This document shows positions 53,666 through 64,000 of a DNA stretch of 64,000 nt, piece after piece; the first letter of the stretch is position 1; each line of letters begins with the position of its first letter. The stretch comes from Candidatus Bathyarchaeota archaeon (GTDB lineage: Archaea; Thermoproteota; Bathyarchaeia; TCS64): positions 480,001 to 544,000 of the forward strand of contig CAVYVF010000023.1 of the NCBI GenBank assembly GCA_963771885.1, given 5' to 3'. A program made the position numbers and the translations under genes. Under the pieces are notes generated by a model that ran no database searches, was not told where the DNA came from, and saw nothing but the letters and a program-made list of their open reading frames with translations.

Positions 53666-55246
53666 TTGGTGACACCCTTCTCTAAACTCGTACAGCTCTG
53701 CAAGGCGCTCGAGGCCACCACGAAGCGAACCGAGAAGACGCGTCTCATCTCTGAGTTCCTTAGATTGCTCGAGCCCGAGGAGATAGCCCCCGCCGTCCTC
53801 CTAGTCGTCGGCCAGATCTTCCCAGAGTTCGACCCCCGGACACTAGACGTCGGCTGGAACACTATGAAGCGCGTCCTCGAGAAAGCGAAGCAGACCACGC
53901 TTCTAAGGGACCAGCTCACGATACGCCGCGTCCACTCGACCCTCGGAGAGATAGCAGTATCACGCGGCGCCCAGTCGCGGAAGCAGAAGGAGCGCCTTCT
54001 CACCGGTCTCCTCAGCGACGCGGGGCGGGACGAGGTAGAGATACTCGCACGGATCATCTTCGGGGAGATGAGGATAGGCGTCAACGAGGGGGTTATGCTC
54101 GATGCCCTCGCCGTGACATCAAACGTGAAGCTCAGTGTTGTTCGCCGGGCGCTCATGCTCACGGGGAATCTCGGCGAGGTCGCATTAGTCGCCCTCACCC
54201 AGGGCGAGAAGGGGCTGGAGGGCATAAAGCCGGAGCTATTCGTCCCCCTGAAGCCGATGCTCGCCGAGACCGCAGACGACCCCGAGGAGGCGATAAAGGA
54301 GCATGGGGGCAGGACCGTCTTCGAGTACAAGTTCGACGGTGCGCGCGTCCAGATTCACCGCCTCGGCGAAGAGGTCCGCGTCTACAGCAGACGCCTCAGC
54401 GACGTCACCGAGAGTGTACCCGACATCGTCAGTCTCGTGCAGAGGTTCCTCCCCAAGGTGGGTACCATCGTCGAGGGGGAAATAACCGCCGTCGGCCCCG
54501 GGGGAAAGCCCCTCCCCTTCCAGGACCTAATGCGCCGATTCACACGCGTTAAGGACGTCCAACAGGCGACGGAGCAGATACCCCTCAGGCTCCACCTTTT
54601 CGATATCCTCTACCTCGACGGCACCCTGCTCATCGACGAGCCCTACGAGACCCGATGGGCCATACTCGTCAAGATCACGCCCTCGGAGCTCCTCGCCGAG
54701 CACACCATCACAAACAGCGTGAAGGAGGCGTCTGCATTCCTCAAGGCGGCGATGAAGGCAGGACACGAGGGTCTGATGGCGAAGCGCCTCGACAGCCACT
54801 ACAACCCCGGCGCACGCGGCAAGGACTGGCTCAAGCTTAAGCCAGTCGAAACCGTTGACCTAGCCATAGTCGCCGCGGACTGGGGCTCGGGGCGCCGCAG
54901 GGGCTGGCTCAGTAACTACCACCTCGCGGCCCGCGACGGTGACGAGTGGAAGGTCGTGGGGAAGACCTTCAAGGGGTTGACAGACGAGGAGTTCCGCTAC
55001 ATGACAAAGCGGCTACAGGTCCTCAAGGTGAGCGAGACCGACTACACGGTCTCTGTGCGCTCCGAGGTCATCGTCGAAGTCGCCTTCAACGAAGTACAGC
55101 GTAGCCCACACTACAAGAGTGGATTTGCCCTACGCTTCGCACGCATAACGAGGATACGCGACGACAAAGGGCCTCAGGATGCAGATACACTCGACCAGAT
55201 AAGGGCACTCTACAAGAGGCAGTTCAGGGTCAAGGACCAACTATAG
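53666..55246 (+). CDS. lig: ATP-dependent DNA ligase
   Basis: EYKFDGAR, EGE, FDILY, EGLMAK, WLKLK, ALRFAR..RIRDDK. Confidence 0.96.
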   Translation: MVTPFSKLVQLCKALEATTKRTEKTRLISEFLRLLEPEEIAPAVLLVVGQIFPEFDPRTLDVGWNTMKRVLEKAKQTTLLRDQLTIRRVHSTLGEIAVSRGAQSRKQKERLLTGLLSDAGRDEVEILARIIFGEMRIGVNEGVMLDALAVTSNVKLSVVRRALMLTGNLGEVALVALTQGEKGLEGIKPELFVPLKPMLAETADDPEEAIKEHGGRTVFEYKFDGARVQIHRLGEEVRVYSRRLSDVTESVPDIVSLVQRFLPKVGTIVEGEITAVGPGGKPLPFQDLMRRFTRVKDVQQATEQIPLRLHLFDILYLDGTLLIDEPYETRWAILVKITPSELLAEHTITNSVKEASAFLKAAMKAGHEGLMAKRLDSHYNPGARGKDWLKLKPVETVDLAIVAADWGSGRRRGWLSNYHLAARDGDEWKVVGKTFKGLTDEEFRYMTKRLQVLKVSETDYTVSVRSEVIVEVAFNEVQRSPHYKSGFALRFARITRIRDDKGPQDADTLDQIRALYKRQFRVKDQL

Positions 55247-55303
55247 ACGCGTGTCGGTCAAATTATTCTTAGTTCATTGGGTGGTATAAGGAAAACAACA
55301 TGG

Positions 55304-55723
55304 TTAGGGAGTCAGGAGTGGTATCTTTGACTGAGCCTTGAGCTTCTCGTAGACGGGGCCCAGCATCTTCCCACCCGTACCCGTGGTACCGATGGCTATC
55401 GCATCGAAGCCCTCCTTCTGGGCGACGGCGAGTATCCCTTCGGGTATGTCGCGCTGCTGCTCGACACGCATATCATACTCCAGCTTGCTCCTCTTGAGTA
55501 TGGGCTCGATGTCCCTGAATATCCTGCTCCCCGCGTCCTGCTCCGCATTCTCGACACTGTGCATGAGAAGGTCGCTCTTCCTCTCCTCGGGATCCCAATA
55601 GACGTGTAGCAGAGTCACTGAGCCCTTTGGCTTCGCCGCCTCTATCGCCTTAACGACCGCGGCGTCGGCGCTCTCTGAGCCGTCGTATGCGACCAGAATC
55701 TTTTTTCCTTCCATTTCCAACAC
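55304..55723 (-). CDS. Universal stress protein
   Basis: KILVAYDGS, LLHV, IAIGTTG. Confidence 0.85.
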   Translation of the reverse strand: MLEMEGKKILVAYDGSESADAAVVKAIEAAKPKGSVTLLHVYWDPEERKSDLLMHSVENAEQDAGSRIFRDIEPILKRSKLEYDMRVEQQRDIPEGILAVAQKEGFDAIAIGTTGTGGKMLGPVYEKLKAQSKIPLLTP

Positions 55724-55792
55724 CAGAAGTGGGTGGGGAAGCTCTGTTAATAGAGGTTACCCGCGGCGCGAACGCGCCGGGTCATTGGGGCT

Positions 55793-57212
55793 TTAAAACT
55801 GCTTAAGCGGTGGCTTCAGGTCGAGCGGGATCGGGGGCTTGTACTTCCTCCCCGCGAGGCGTGTCTTGAACTCGGCCTTTACGTCCTTGAGAAGCTTTGG
55901 CTTCGTCATGAGGTCGAGTGCGGAGCCCGCCATCGTCTTCGTGGCGAATAGCAGCCCCTTGTGGCCGATGCTCATGCCACCTTGGGCGGTGAACTGCCAG
56001 CTATGCCCCGGGGTGCCGAGCATACATGTGACTGTGCTGAACTCCTTCGTCGGCGTGACCCAACTGACGTCCGAGACGTCCGTGCTGCCAGCGCCGACCA
56101 TGCCGGCCTGATAGTCGTCGAGGATGCGCTCGTCGAACAGCTCGTCTACGAGCTTCTCCCAGCCGGGCCGATTGCCCTTGCGGAGGCCCTCCTTCTTCTG
56201 GGCGGGATCGATGCTTTTGTTCATCTCCTTTGCGAACTTGAGGTCGGACTCGTCGTGGACGGGTGCACCGACCTCGCGCATATTAGCAACGATTGTTTCA
56301 CAGAGTTTACCGTTGGGTAACTCATTGTAGCACCCGGTTAGGAATTCTACCTTGTGGGTGGTGCGCGCCATCTTGTCGGCGCCGTCTGCGATCTGTAAGA
56401 CCCAGTTGTAGATGGGCTCCATCTGCTCCCTCTCGGGGGCACGTGTGTAGTACCAGACGCGTGCGTATGCGGGGACAACGTTCGGCTGGCCTCCACCGAC
56501 CTCAGTGACGTAGTGGACGCGAGCCTTCTCGATTATGTGCTCGCGCATGAAGTTGACACCGTTACTCATGAGTTCTACAGCGTCCAGTGCGCTGACGCCA
56601 TTCTCGGGGTCACCAGCGCTGTGCGCGGTCTTACCGTAGAAATGGAGCTTGAAACTGTTCATCGAGTTGCTGCTGCCGGTGCCCGCGGTGTTGGCACCAC
56701 CAGGGTGGTGGCTGAGGCAGGCATCGACACCCTTGAAAAGGTTGTGGCGGGTCATCCAGACCTTGCCAACCAGCGTCTCCTCGGCGGGGCACCCATACAT
56801 CTTGATGGTGCCCTTGATCTTCTTGTCTTCCATGGCCGACTTGAGGGCGACGGCGGCGGTGAGTGCGGTTGTGCCGTGCATATTATGGCCGCAGCCATGT
56901 CCTGGAGCGCCCTCTTTGATGGGCTCCTTATAGGGGACAGCCTTCTGGCTGAGCCCCGCTAAGGCGTCTAGCTCTCCCATGAGACCAATCGTTGGGCCAT
57001 CCCCGTTGCTCCACGTCGCCACGAATGCGGTGGGCATGTCAGCGACACCGCGCTCAAGTTTGAAGCCCTTCTTCTCAATCCAGTCTGCGAAGAGCTTGCT
57101 GGTCTTCGTCTCCTGAAGGCCGACCTCGGCATATTCCCAGGCGGAGTTGCTGAGTCTTGATTATCTCCTTCTCGTTCTCGTCTACCCAGTTCCAGGCTGT
57201 CTTCTTCGGCAT
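55793..57212 (-). CDS. M20 amidohydrolase, AbgB-like (apparent frameshift near 57155)
   Basis: GELDAL, GHGCGHN, PAEE, STDVSDVSW, HSWQ; N-terminus MPKKTAWNW lies in a shifted frame. Confidence 0.88.
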
Positions 57213-57256
57213 GATAATCGGTCTCTAGTTGCCTTTAGGGTGTATAAAACCAGCGA

Positions 57257-57811
57257 CTAGGCTTGGGGAGCGGGGAACCTGCGCTTTATCGCCTCGTGTA
57301 GTGTAGCACCGAGGAGGATGGTGATAGCACCAGAGACGACGTTGAAGGCGGCTATGAGGGGGAGCATGCCGTAGACGACGAGGTCAGGGTAGCCGTAGAG
57401 AGGGAGGACAAGTATGTTGGCGGCGCTCATGGCAACGACTCGGAATGCGACTCCGAGTGCAAGACCCGCACCCTTCTGTACGAGGGGCGCGAATCGCTCC
57501 GCCGCCTTCATGCCTAGCCCCAGCCCGAGTACCGTCGAGAACTCCGCTGCGAACTTCATCGAGGCGCCAATCACATCTCCGCTCCTCGCCAAAATGCCGA
57601 CAAAGGCGACGAGGCTCGTCGTCAGCGCCGAGGGCGGTCCATACATAAAGAGGCTAAGGGCGATGGGTATCCCTGTGAAGTCGAACTTGAGCGTCGGCAT
57701 CCAGGGGAACGGTATCTTGAGCCCGCTGAACTTGAGGGCGTAGTCGAAGACGATGACTAGCGCCGCGAGTAGAGCGGTGCCGGTCAGCTTCGATGACTTC
57801 GAGGCAGACAA
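57257..57811 (-). CDS. ECF transporter S component
   Basis: KIPFP..LKFDFTGIP..L..YG; about 6 TM. Confidence 0.82.
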   Translation of the reverse strand: MSASKSSKLTGTALLAALVIVFDYALKFSGLKIPFPWMPTLKFDFTGIPIALSLFMYGPPSALTTSLVAFVGILARSGDVIGASMKFAAEFSTVLGLGLGMKAAERFAPLVQKGAGLALGVAFRVVAMSAANILVLPLYGYPDLVVYGMLPLIAAFNVVSGAITILLGATLHEAIKRRFPAPQA

Positions 57812-58118
57812 AGAGACACCGGGAAGAACCCGCCACCGGATAAAAACATAGCTACCTGCATGAAAGGGAGGGAGGGATTAAGACAATCCGAGTAAAACAA
57901 CTCATTCCCGAAAACAAGCCCGAAATCGAGCTCAATCAGGGGTGCAAAGTGATTACGAAAAAGCACATTAAAAGGACGATTTACGCTCGAATCATTACCT
58001 AAAAGGAACACAATAACTAAATAGGCAGCAGTATCCCTGCCCAAAGGGCTTTTTAACATTAGGCAACACTCGCGTTGGTGAACTGGGGAATGACGCACCT
58101 CCAATATCTACAGGCGGA

Positions 58119-58412
58119 GTGGAAGACCTCCGCAGACTCCTTCTAAGGACCCTAAACGATAACCAACTCCTGATACTCAGCCGGGTGGCTGCGAATGAAC
58201 GTCCACTGACGGGGCTGCTGATCAATCTCTCCCGGGAGACAGGTGTTCCGCTATCGACACTGAAGCTGAACGCCCGCATCCTCCGCGAGTTAAATCTGAT
58301 CAGCTATGGCTCAGTCGGCGAGAGACGGCAGGCTGAGGTAGAGCCAGTGGGAAACCTTGTGCTGCGCCTAATGGATGCTCCTGATAACGCGAAGATACGG
58401 CTTTATGATTAG
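58119..58412 (+). CDS. Winged-helix DNA-binding protein
   Basis: LSRETGVPLSTLKLNARILRELNLI. Confidence 0.7.
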   Translation: MEDLRRLLLRTLNDNQLLILSRVAANERPLTGLLINLSRETGVPLSTLKLNARILRELNLISYGSVGERRQAEVEPVGNLVLRLMDAPDNAKIRLYD

Positions 58413-58505
58413 CCGGTGCCGGTCCTAGCCACCCTTCACCCCGTTTTAACCCTCACCCATTTAAGCCCGTGGGGTAAATATCCGTTACTCTCGGCTGGTG
58501 AGGAT

Positions 58506-60226
58506 ATGGGCGAGATCAAGATACTCCTGGGCTTCGAGGTCGGAACCGGCAAGGAGGTAAACATGGGACTCCACCACACAATAATCACCGGAATGACCCA
58601 GTTATCGGGCAAAACGACCACCATGGAGGCTATCATCAGCCGCGCCAATAGGCGCGCCATCGCCTTCAAGACCAAGCGCGGCGAGTCCGGCTTTAACAAC
58701 TACCGCGAGATACCCCCATTCTTCGAGGAGCGCGCTGACTGGCAATACGTATCCACACTCCTCGAAGCCGTGATGCGGGAGAAGATGAAGTTCGAGCGTC
58801 CATGGATCATGAAGGCGACCCAGGGCACAAATAGTCTCCGCGAGGTCCTCGAGAACGTTCAGATGCTACGCGCTGAGACGACCACAGTCACTACCCGAGA
58901 ATGTCTACACCGCCCTCGAGGAGTACCTTAAGATTGTCGTCCCCCAGATAGAGAAGTTCAGGTTCAGCAAGAACCTCAGCCTCATTGACGGAATCAATGT
59001 TATGGACCTCACCGAGATGACGCTGGAGCTCCAGGGGCTCGTCATCCAGAGCACCATGGAGTACGTCATTAACAACCTCCACGAGACTATACTCATCGTC
59101 CCGGAGGCTTGGGAACACATCCCACAGGGGCGCAACACACCGGTGAAGCTCTACGCGGAGACATTCATCCGCAAAGGAGCCGCCATCGGCAACTATCTCT
59201 TCATCGACTCCCAGGACATCGCGGGCATCGACAAGATGCCCCTCCGCCAGTGCAACAACTGGATACTCGGGCGCCAGCGCGAGGGGCACGAGGTGGAGCG
59301 GGTACGCGAGCAGATAGGACGCAACAAGATAGACGCCGAGGAGATCAGGACACTCCCCTCGGCCACTTCCTCGCCATACTCGGCGACGACATGAAGAAGG
59401 TCTACGTTCTCCCCGCTGGCGTTCCATCGAAGATAGGGCGTCAGCGTTGCGATGGGCGAGATTAGCCGCCACGGAAGCGGGCAAGTACATGAACAACACC
59501 GGCAGCAATGAAGAGGAGCACATCCGGACCAGCAGACGGGTATCCGCAGCTTCCTCCAGGTGCCGACGAGCGACCGCACAATGCGCCGCATAGAGGAACT
59601 CGACATGAAGCTCGACCCGCCGCGACAACGAGATATCCTTACTGCGCATCCGAGCTCGACGGACTCAGAACTGAGTTCATCACGAATACAGCAAAGCTTG
59701 AGCAGTTAATCCATCAGCAGGAGGCGCGGAGCAACGCGCCGCAAAGAGTCAGGTACCCGCGGTCCGCCCCGGTTTCACAGTAGACGACCTCAACCAACTC
59801 ATCGACCAGCGAATGCACCAGATAATCCAGTACGATAAGCCCACGTTCTTCACCCAGACCGATGTCTCAGGAGCGGTTCAAGGAGATAGTTAAGGAGCGC
59901 TTCGTCCGGGAGCTGGGGCTTCAGGATAAGGGGCTGCCCGCCGCACGTTGATACATACGGCTATGATCGTCCACGAGAGAAAGGGCATCAAACGCGGCGA
60001 GCTCTACAGCTTCCTCCACGGAGGAAACACGAGGATCACCGACGACTTCTACTCTGACCTTCAGAGGCTGGAAGAGGTTCGCCTCGTCGTCTATAGCAAG
60101 GAGACGGGCATCGTCCACTGGGCGCTGGGCGAGTACCTGAAGCATGAGCTCGGGAACATGTACGACGAGGCGGCGGTGAAGCAGGCGGAGGACTACCTCG
60201 CGAGCCTGCTCCTGCCCTCTAGCTGA
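58506..60226 (+). pseudogene. HerA/FtsK-like P-loop ATPase with coiled-coil and C-terminal wHTH, multiply frameshifted (pseudogene or assembly error)
   Basis: Walker A GMTQLSGKTT, Walker B ILIVPEAW, RKG, IDSQ, LRQC; fragments in ORFs 58416, 59002, 59109, 59948. Confidence 0.7.
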
Positions 60227-60683
60227 CCCTGTGGTCGTACTCCATGTCGGGGGTGACGACGGGGCGCGTCGTTAGGGAACCGTCCTCTATGTTCCACTCG
60301 CGGAGACCAGCGTACTCGATCTTATTATCTTCAAGGAGCTTCCGCGCCTTCGCGCCTTCCCCGGCTGGGACATAGACGAAGAACTTCTTGAACTTCTCAC
60401 CCATACTCGTCTTCTCGGAAAGCAGCCTCCACTTCTCAACGAGGTCCGGAGTGACCTCCATCTCGACCTCACCTATCTCCCTGACCCTGCCATCGGGATT
60501 GAGGACGATGACGCTCGGGTAGACGTCGCCCATCGATCCATTTATCGGAAAAGACCTCTCTTTCATGGTGTTGACGAGTGTCTTCCTTTCTTCGTCCCAT
60601 GTGATCTGGTCTACGAAAGGGAATCGTGTTGCTGCTATGATTCGTGCAATGCGGTCCCTGAGAACTTCCTTTGGCGGGAGCAT
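60219..60683 (-). CDS. Hypothetical protein
   Basis: 154-aa ORF with host-like codon usage downstream of the acyl-CoA ligase. Confidence 0.7.
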   Translation of the reverse strand: MLPPKEVLRDRIARIIAATRFPFVDQITWDEERKTLVNTMKERSFPINGSMGDVYPSVIVLNPDGRVREIGEVEMEVTPDLVEKWRLLSEKTSMGEKFKKFFVYVPAGEGAKARKLLEDNKIEYAGLREWNIEDGSLTTRPVVTPDMEYDHRVS

Positions 60684-60705
60684 GGAGGATAAACGCGTGG
60701 GTTGC

Positions 60706-62401
60706 TTATGATTTCTGCGTCCCTTGCTCAGGGGCGTAGTCTTCCATAGCCTTCTGAACGCGACGCTCGATCTCCGCCTCGACGGCAACGCGGTCGACCT
60801 TTCCCATGCCCGTCATCGGTAGACTAGAAACTATTTCTATCCTCCCAGGGACTTCGTAGGGCTCCAGCTTCTCCCTGCAAAGTTGTATCAGCTTCGCCTC
60901 GACTCCCACCTTTGGGGAACCTCTCCTGAGGACGACGAGCGCTTGTATGTCTGTGTTGCATCTGAGCGGGTCGGGAGCGCCGACAGCAACCGCCGCCTCC
61001 ACCTCGGGACTGCCGAGGAGAACTTCCTCGACCTCCGTGGGCCAGACTATATGACCGCTAGCGACTATCCGGTCCCGCTTGCGCCCGACGACGTAGAGCC
61101 AGCCTGCCTCGTCGACGCGGACGACATCGCCAGTGTGGAGCCAGCCGTCTGCGAGGACTTTCGCCGTTTCCTCGGGTGCCTTCCAGTAACCCTTCATGAT
61201 CTGGGGACCACGAACGAGGAGCTCACCCTCCTTGCCGACAGGGACCTCTACCTCGCTGATCTGGGTGTCGACTACCCTGATCTCGGTGTCGGGGTAAGCC
61301 ATGCCCGGGCTGAGGTAGTTGCGATCTCCCTCGATGGGCGTCGCGTGGGTCGCGGGTCCTGCCTCGGTGAGCCCATAGCCCTGGTAGAACTTGGCGCCAG
61401 TGATCGCCTCGAATCTCTTCATGAGCTCGGGGCTAATCGCCGCGCCTCCACTCGACGCGGTCGTTACGCTGTTAAGGTCATAGCTGTTGATCTTTGGATG
61501 TGCTAGTATCTCGGAGACGAAGCGGGGGATAAGGGGCATGTGTGTAACCCTATGCCTCTGGGCCGCCTCTAGGATCGCCTCCGCCTTCGGGTCGGGCACC
61601 AGCACGAGGGTGCAGCCGAAGCTCACGGCCTCGTTCATAATGTTCAGTCCATAGCTGTGGAAGAATGGAACGGCGCATAGGATGAGAGGCCAGCCTGCGG
61701 GCTGAGGTTTGGCACTGTAGCCCCAGCCGCGGAGCCAGTAGTAACTCTGCAGCGCGTTCGCGGTGAGCGAGTAGTGGGTGAGCATAACACCCTTGGGCTG
61801 TCCTGTTGTGCCGGATGTGTAGAGTATGGCAGCGAGGTCCTCTCTCCCCTCAATCCCTACTGGATTCGCCTCCTCCCCCGAGGTCGCCTCTGCCGAAACC
61901 AATAGCTCCAGCGGGGCTTGTCCCCCTGTAGGCTATTGAACCCAGCAGTCTCAGACCTGCAGGCGCATACTCCGCCGCGTCTGCGACGACGACCTTCCCC
62001 GCGAAGCCGGAGGGCAGCGTACCGAGCAGCCTGTCGAGCACGACGAGCACCTTGCACTCCGTCTCGGCGAGCTCCCGCCCTATCTCCTCGACAGGGTTGA
62101 GTGGGTTCACGGCTACGACGACTCCCCCCGCGGCGAGGACGCCATTGAAGGCGATGATGAACTGTGGTGTGTTGGCGAGGAGTAGCCCGACGCGGTCACC
62201 CTTCTCCACTCCTAGTTGCCTCAGGTACCCAGCGAAGCGGAGCGTCCTACTCCAAAGCGTCGAGTAGGTTATCCCGTTGCCGATGTAGACTGCCCCAACC
62301 CTCCTGGGGAACTTGCGGGCGCTGTTCTCCAGAAAGCTGTAGAGGGGCATCACTGGGTACTCTATGCTCCGGGGCACTCCGGGGGGGAAGAAACGGGTCA
62401 T
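60706..62401 (-). CDS. Long-chain acyl-CoA synthetase (AMP-forming; apparent frameshift near 61890)
   Basis: YTSGTTGQPKG, QGYGLTE, GWLHTGD, GKVDR; N-terminus in ORF 61850-62401. Confidence 0.9.
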
Positions 62402-62481
62402 CGTGGATCGGATTTATGCAGGACGCCTATAAACCTCGGCCTCCGAATCCAGTTTTAACCACGACTCCCCAATCACTACCC

Positions 62482-63375
62482 ATGGCTAGGCTGAAGCTAG
62501 AGGGTGTCTACGTCCCAAACGTCACACCCTTCGACGCGAAGGGAGAGGTACAATACGATGCACTCGCCGACCTTATCGAGTACTGGATACAGGCGGGCGT
62601 CTCCGGCGTCGTCGCGAACGCGAGCACGGGAGAGTCCCCATACCTGAGCAGAGGCGAGCTGCAGGAGGTTCTTCGCTTCGTCATCGATCACATAGACGGG
62701 CGCGTGCAGGTCCTAGCCGGGACAGGCGCCATGGCAACCCGTGAGACCATAGAGCTCACACGGGATGCCTCCAACGAGGGAGCTGACGCCGCTCTCATCA
62801 CATCGCCGTGGTTCTTCCGACCAAGTGAGGAGGAGCTATATCGCCACTATTACACCGTGCTCAACGCAGTCGACCTCCCCGTCGTCCTATACAACGTCCC
62901 AAAGTTCACAGGCTACAGCATCGCCCCCAAGACCATCGCTCGCCTCGCCGAGGACTGCAGTGGTCTCGTCGGTGTCAAAGACAGCAGTGGGGCTCCCGGC
63001 AACATGGCGGAAATAATACGCCTCTGCGGCGACAAGATAGCCTCTCTCAGCGGCGCCGCCGACATGTTCCTCCCCACACTCAGCCTCGGAGGCAAGGGCG
63101 CAGTCCTCGCAATCGCCAACGTTGTCCCCGGCACATGCGTCGAGTTATTAAACGCGTTCAAAGCTGGCGACATCGCCACGGCGGGGAGGAGGCAGCGCAC
63201 TGCCAGCCACGTAAACAACGTCCTCGTCGCAAGCCACCCACAGGTCGCTGCCATAAAGAGCGCGCTCAACCACATGGGTTACAATGCAGGGATCCCCCGC
63301 CCCCCACTCGGGCCACTCAACGAGGCACAGGAGAAATCGTCTACCGAAGCCCTCAAAAACACGAAGCTGTACTGA
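62482..63375 (+). CDS. dapA: Dihydrodipicolinate synthase (DapA) family lyase
   Basis: VTPF, STGES, LYNVP, GVKDS. Confidence 0.85.
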   Translation: MARLKLEGVYVPNVTPFDAKGEVQYDALADLIEYWIQAGVSGVVANASTGESPYLSRGELQEVLRFVIDHIDGRVQVLAGTGAMATRETIELTRDASNEGADAALITSPWFFRPSEEELYRHYYTVLNAVDLPVVLYNVPKFTGYSIAPKTIARLAEDCSGLVGVKDSSGAPGNMAEIIRLCGDKIASLSGAADMFLPTLSLGGKGAVLAIANVVPGTCVELLNAFKAGDIATAGRRQRTASHVNNVLVASHPQVAAIKSALNHMGYNAGIPRPPLGPLNEAQEKSSTEALKNTKLY

Positions 63376-63727
63376 TTGGAAAAATGAGATCAGCCGAATA
63401 AGCTGTTCCATCGAATATTTTTCCAAAGAAGACTAGAAATCGCCCTTATCGTGATCAGATCTATTCAAGAGGAGCACGTGTTCGCTACATAACCCGCGTA
63501 TCGAAAAAAAGAGGGAGTATTATGGATGCATGGAAAAGGCGCGACTCTGAAACGAAGCCGCAAGTTCGGTCAGCTCGCCGATCATTGAGCTATAACTGAG
63601 ACACTTCGAGTCTAATCACCCTGAACTTCCCGACACAGTCACTTCTACCCCATACGAACAACGCCGAACCCACCTCCCCCAACTTTTTAATATGGAAGAC
63701 AGCAGAGTTACACGAACTATCTCCGAG

Positions 63728-64000
63728 ATGATCGTGATGGATACGAAGGAGTCTCTAAACGCCATCTTCAACCCCAAGAGCGTAGCACTCATCGGCGCCA
63801 CCGCCGACTCGAGTAAGTGGGGCTACATGTTCGTAAACGCCGTCAAAGTAGGCGGCTACCAGGGTAAAGTCTACCCCGTCAACCCCAAGGCTGCTGAGAT
63901 CGGCAGCATCCTCGACTACAAGGTGTACCCGAGCCTCAGCTCTATCCCAGACGAGGTCGACTGCGCCATCATACTCGTCCCTGCCCGGGTCGTCCCCAAC
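63728..64000 (+). CDS. ADP-forming acyl-CoA ligase, CoA-binding N-terminus (truncated by window edge)
   Basis: LNAIFNPKSVALIGAT..SKWG..VYPVNP..VYPSL..IPDEVD. Confidence 0.9.
   Translation, partial: MIVMDTKESLNAIFNPKSVALIGATADSSKWGYMFVNAVKVGGYQGKVYPVNPKAAEIGSILDYKVYPSLSSIPDEVDCAIILVPARVVPN

Noticed and set aside
53062..54330. Long antisense ORFs (e.g. 422 aa opposite fen/lig)
   Set aside because: Shadow frames of GC-rich, well-identified genes
57784..58104. 106-aa minus-strand ORF and possible riboswitch upstream of the ECF S component
   Set aside because: A-rich low-structure spacer; TATA-like TTTTTAT about 28 nt before the start suggests a leaderless mRNA

Overview
Archaeal chromosomal segment of TACK type, most likely Bathyarchaeia (inferred from the 16S, a 16S-23S operon with no spacer tRNA and no linked 5S, and the gene content). 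It holds the rRNA operon, four tRNAs (Leu-TAA with intron, Asn-GTT, Thr-CGT, Thr-TGT), replication/repair genes (PCNA, FEN1, ATP-dependent ligase), peptide-fermentation enzymes (IorAB, a POR-type oxidoreductase with fused alpha-beta, aminotransferase, ADP-forming acyl-CoA ligase), hppA, thiL, glnA and a DapA-family lyase. Several genes carry single-base frameshifts that look like long-read indel errors. No CRISPR array, transposase or integrase was seen. Best leads: (1) a ~270-nt highly structured, K-turn-containing putative ncRNA between two convergent genes (32703-32970) that is not RNase P, SRP or 5S; (2) a cassette of a Walker-A-dead RadA paralog fused to an arCOG07300-like module plus a PolB2 with intact catalytic motifs, next to PCNA; (3) a shared palindrome TATACA-N2-TGTATA at the eamA and glnA promoters; (4) a wHTH plus HerA/FtsK-like ATPase module with an atypical Walker B; (5) C55 in both tRNA-Thr genes. 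All family calls are by motif recognition, not database search.
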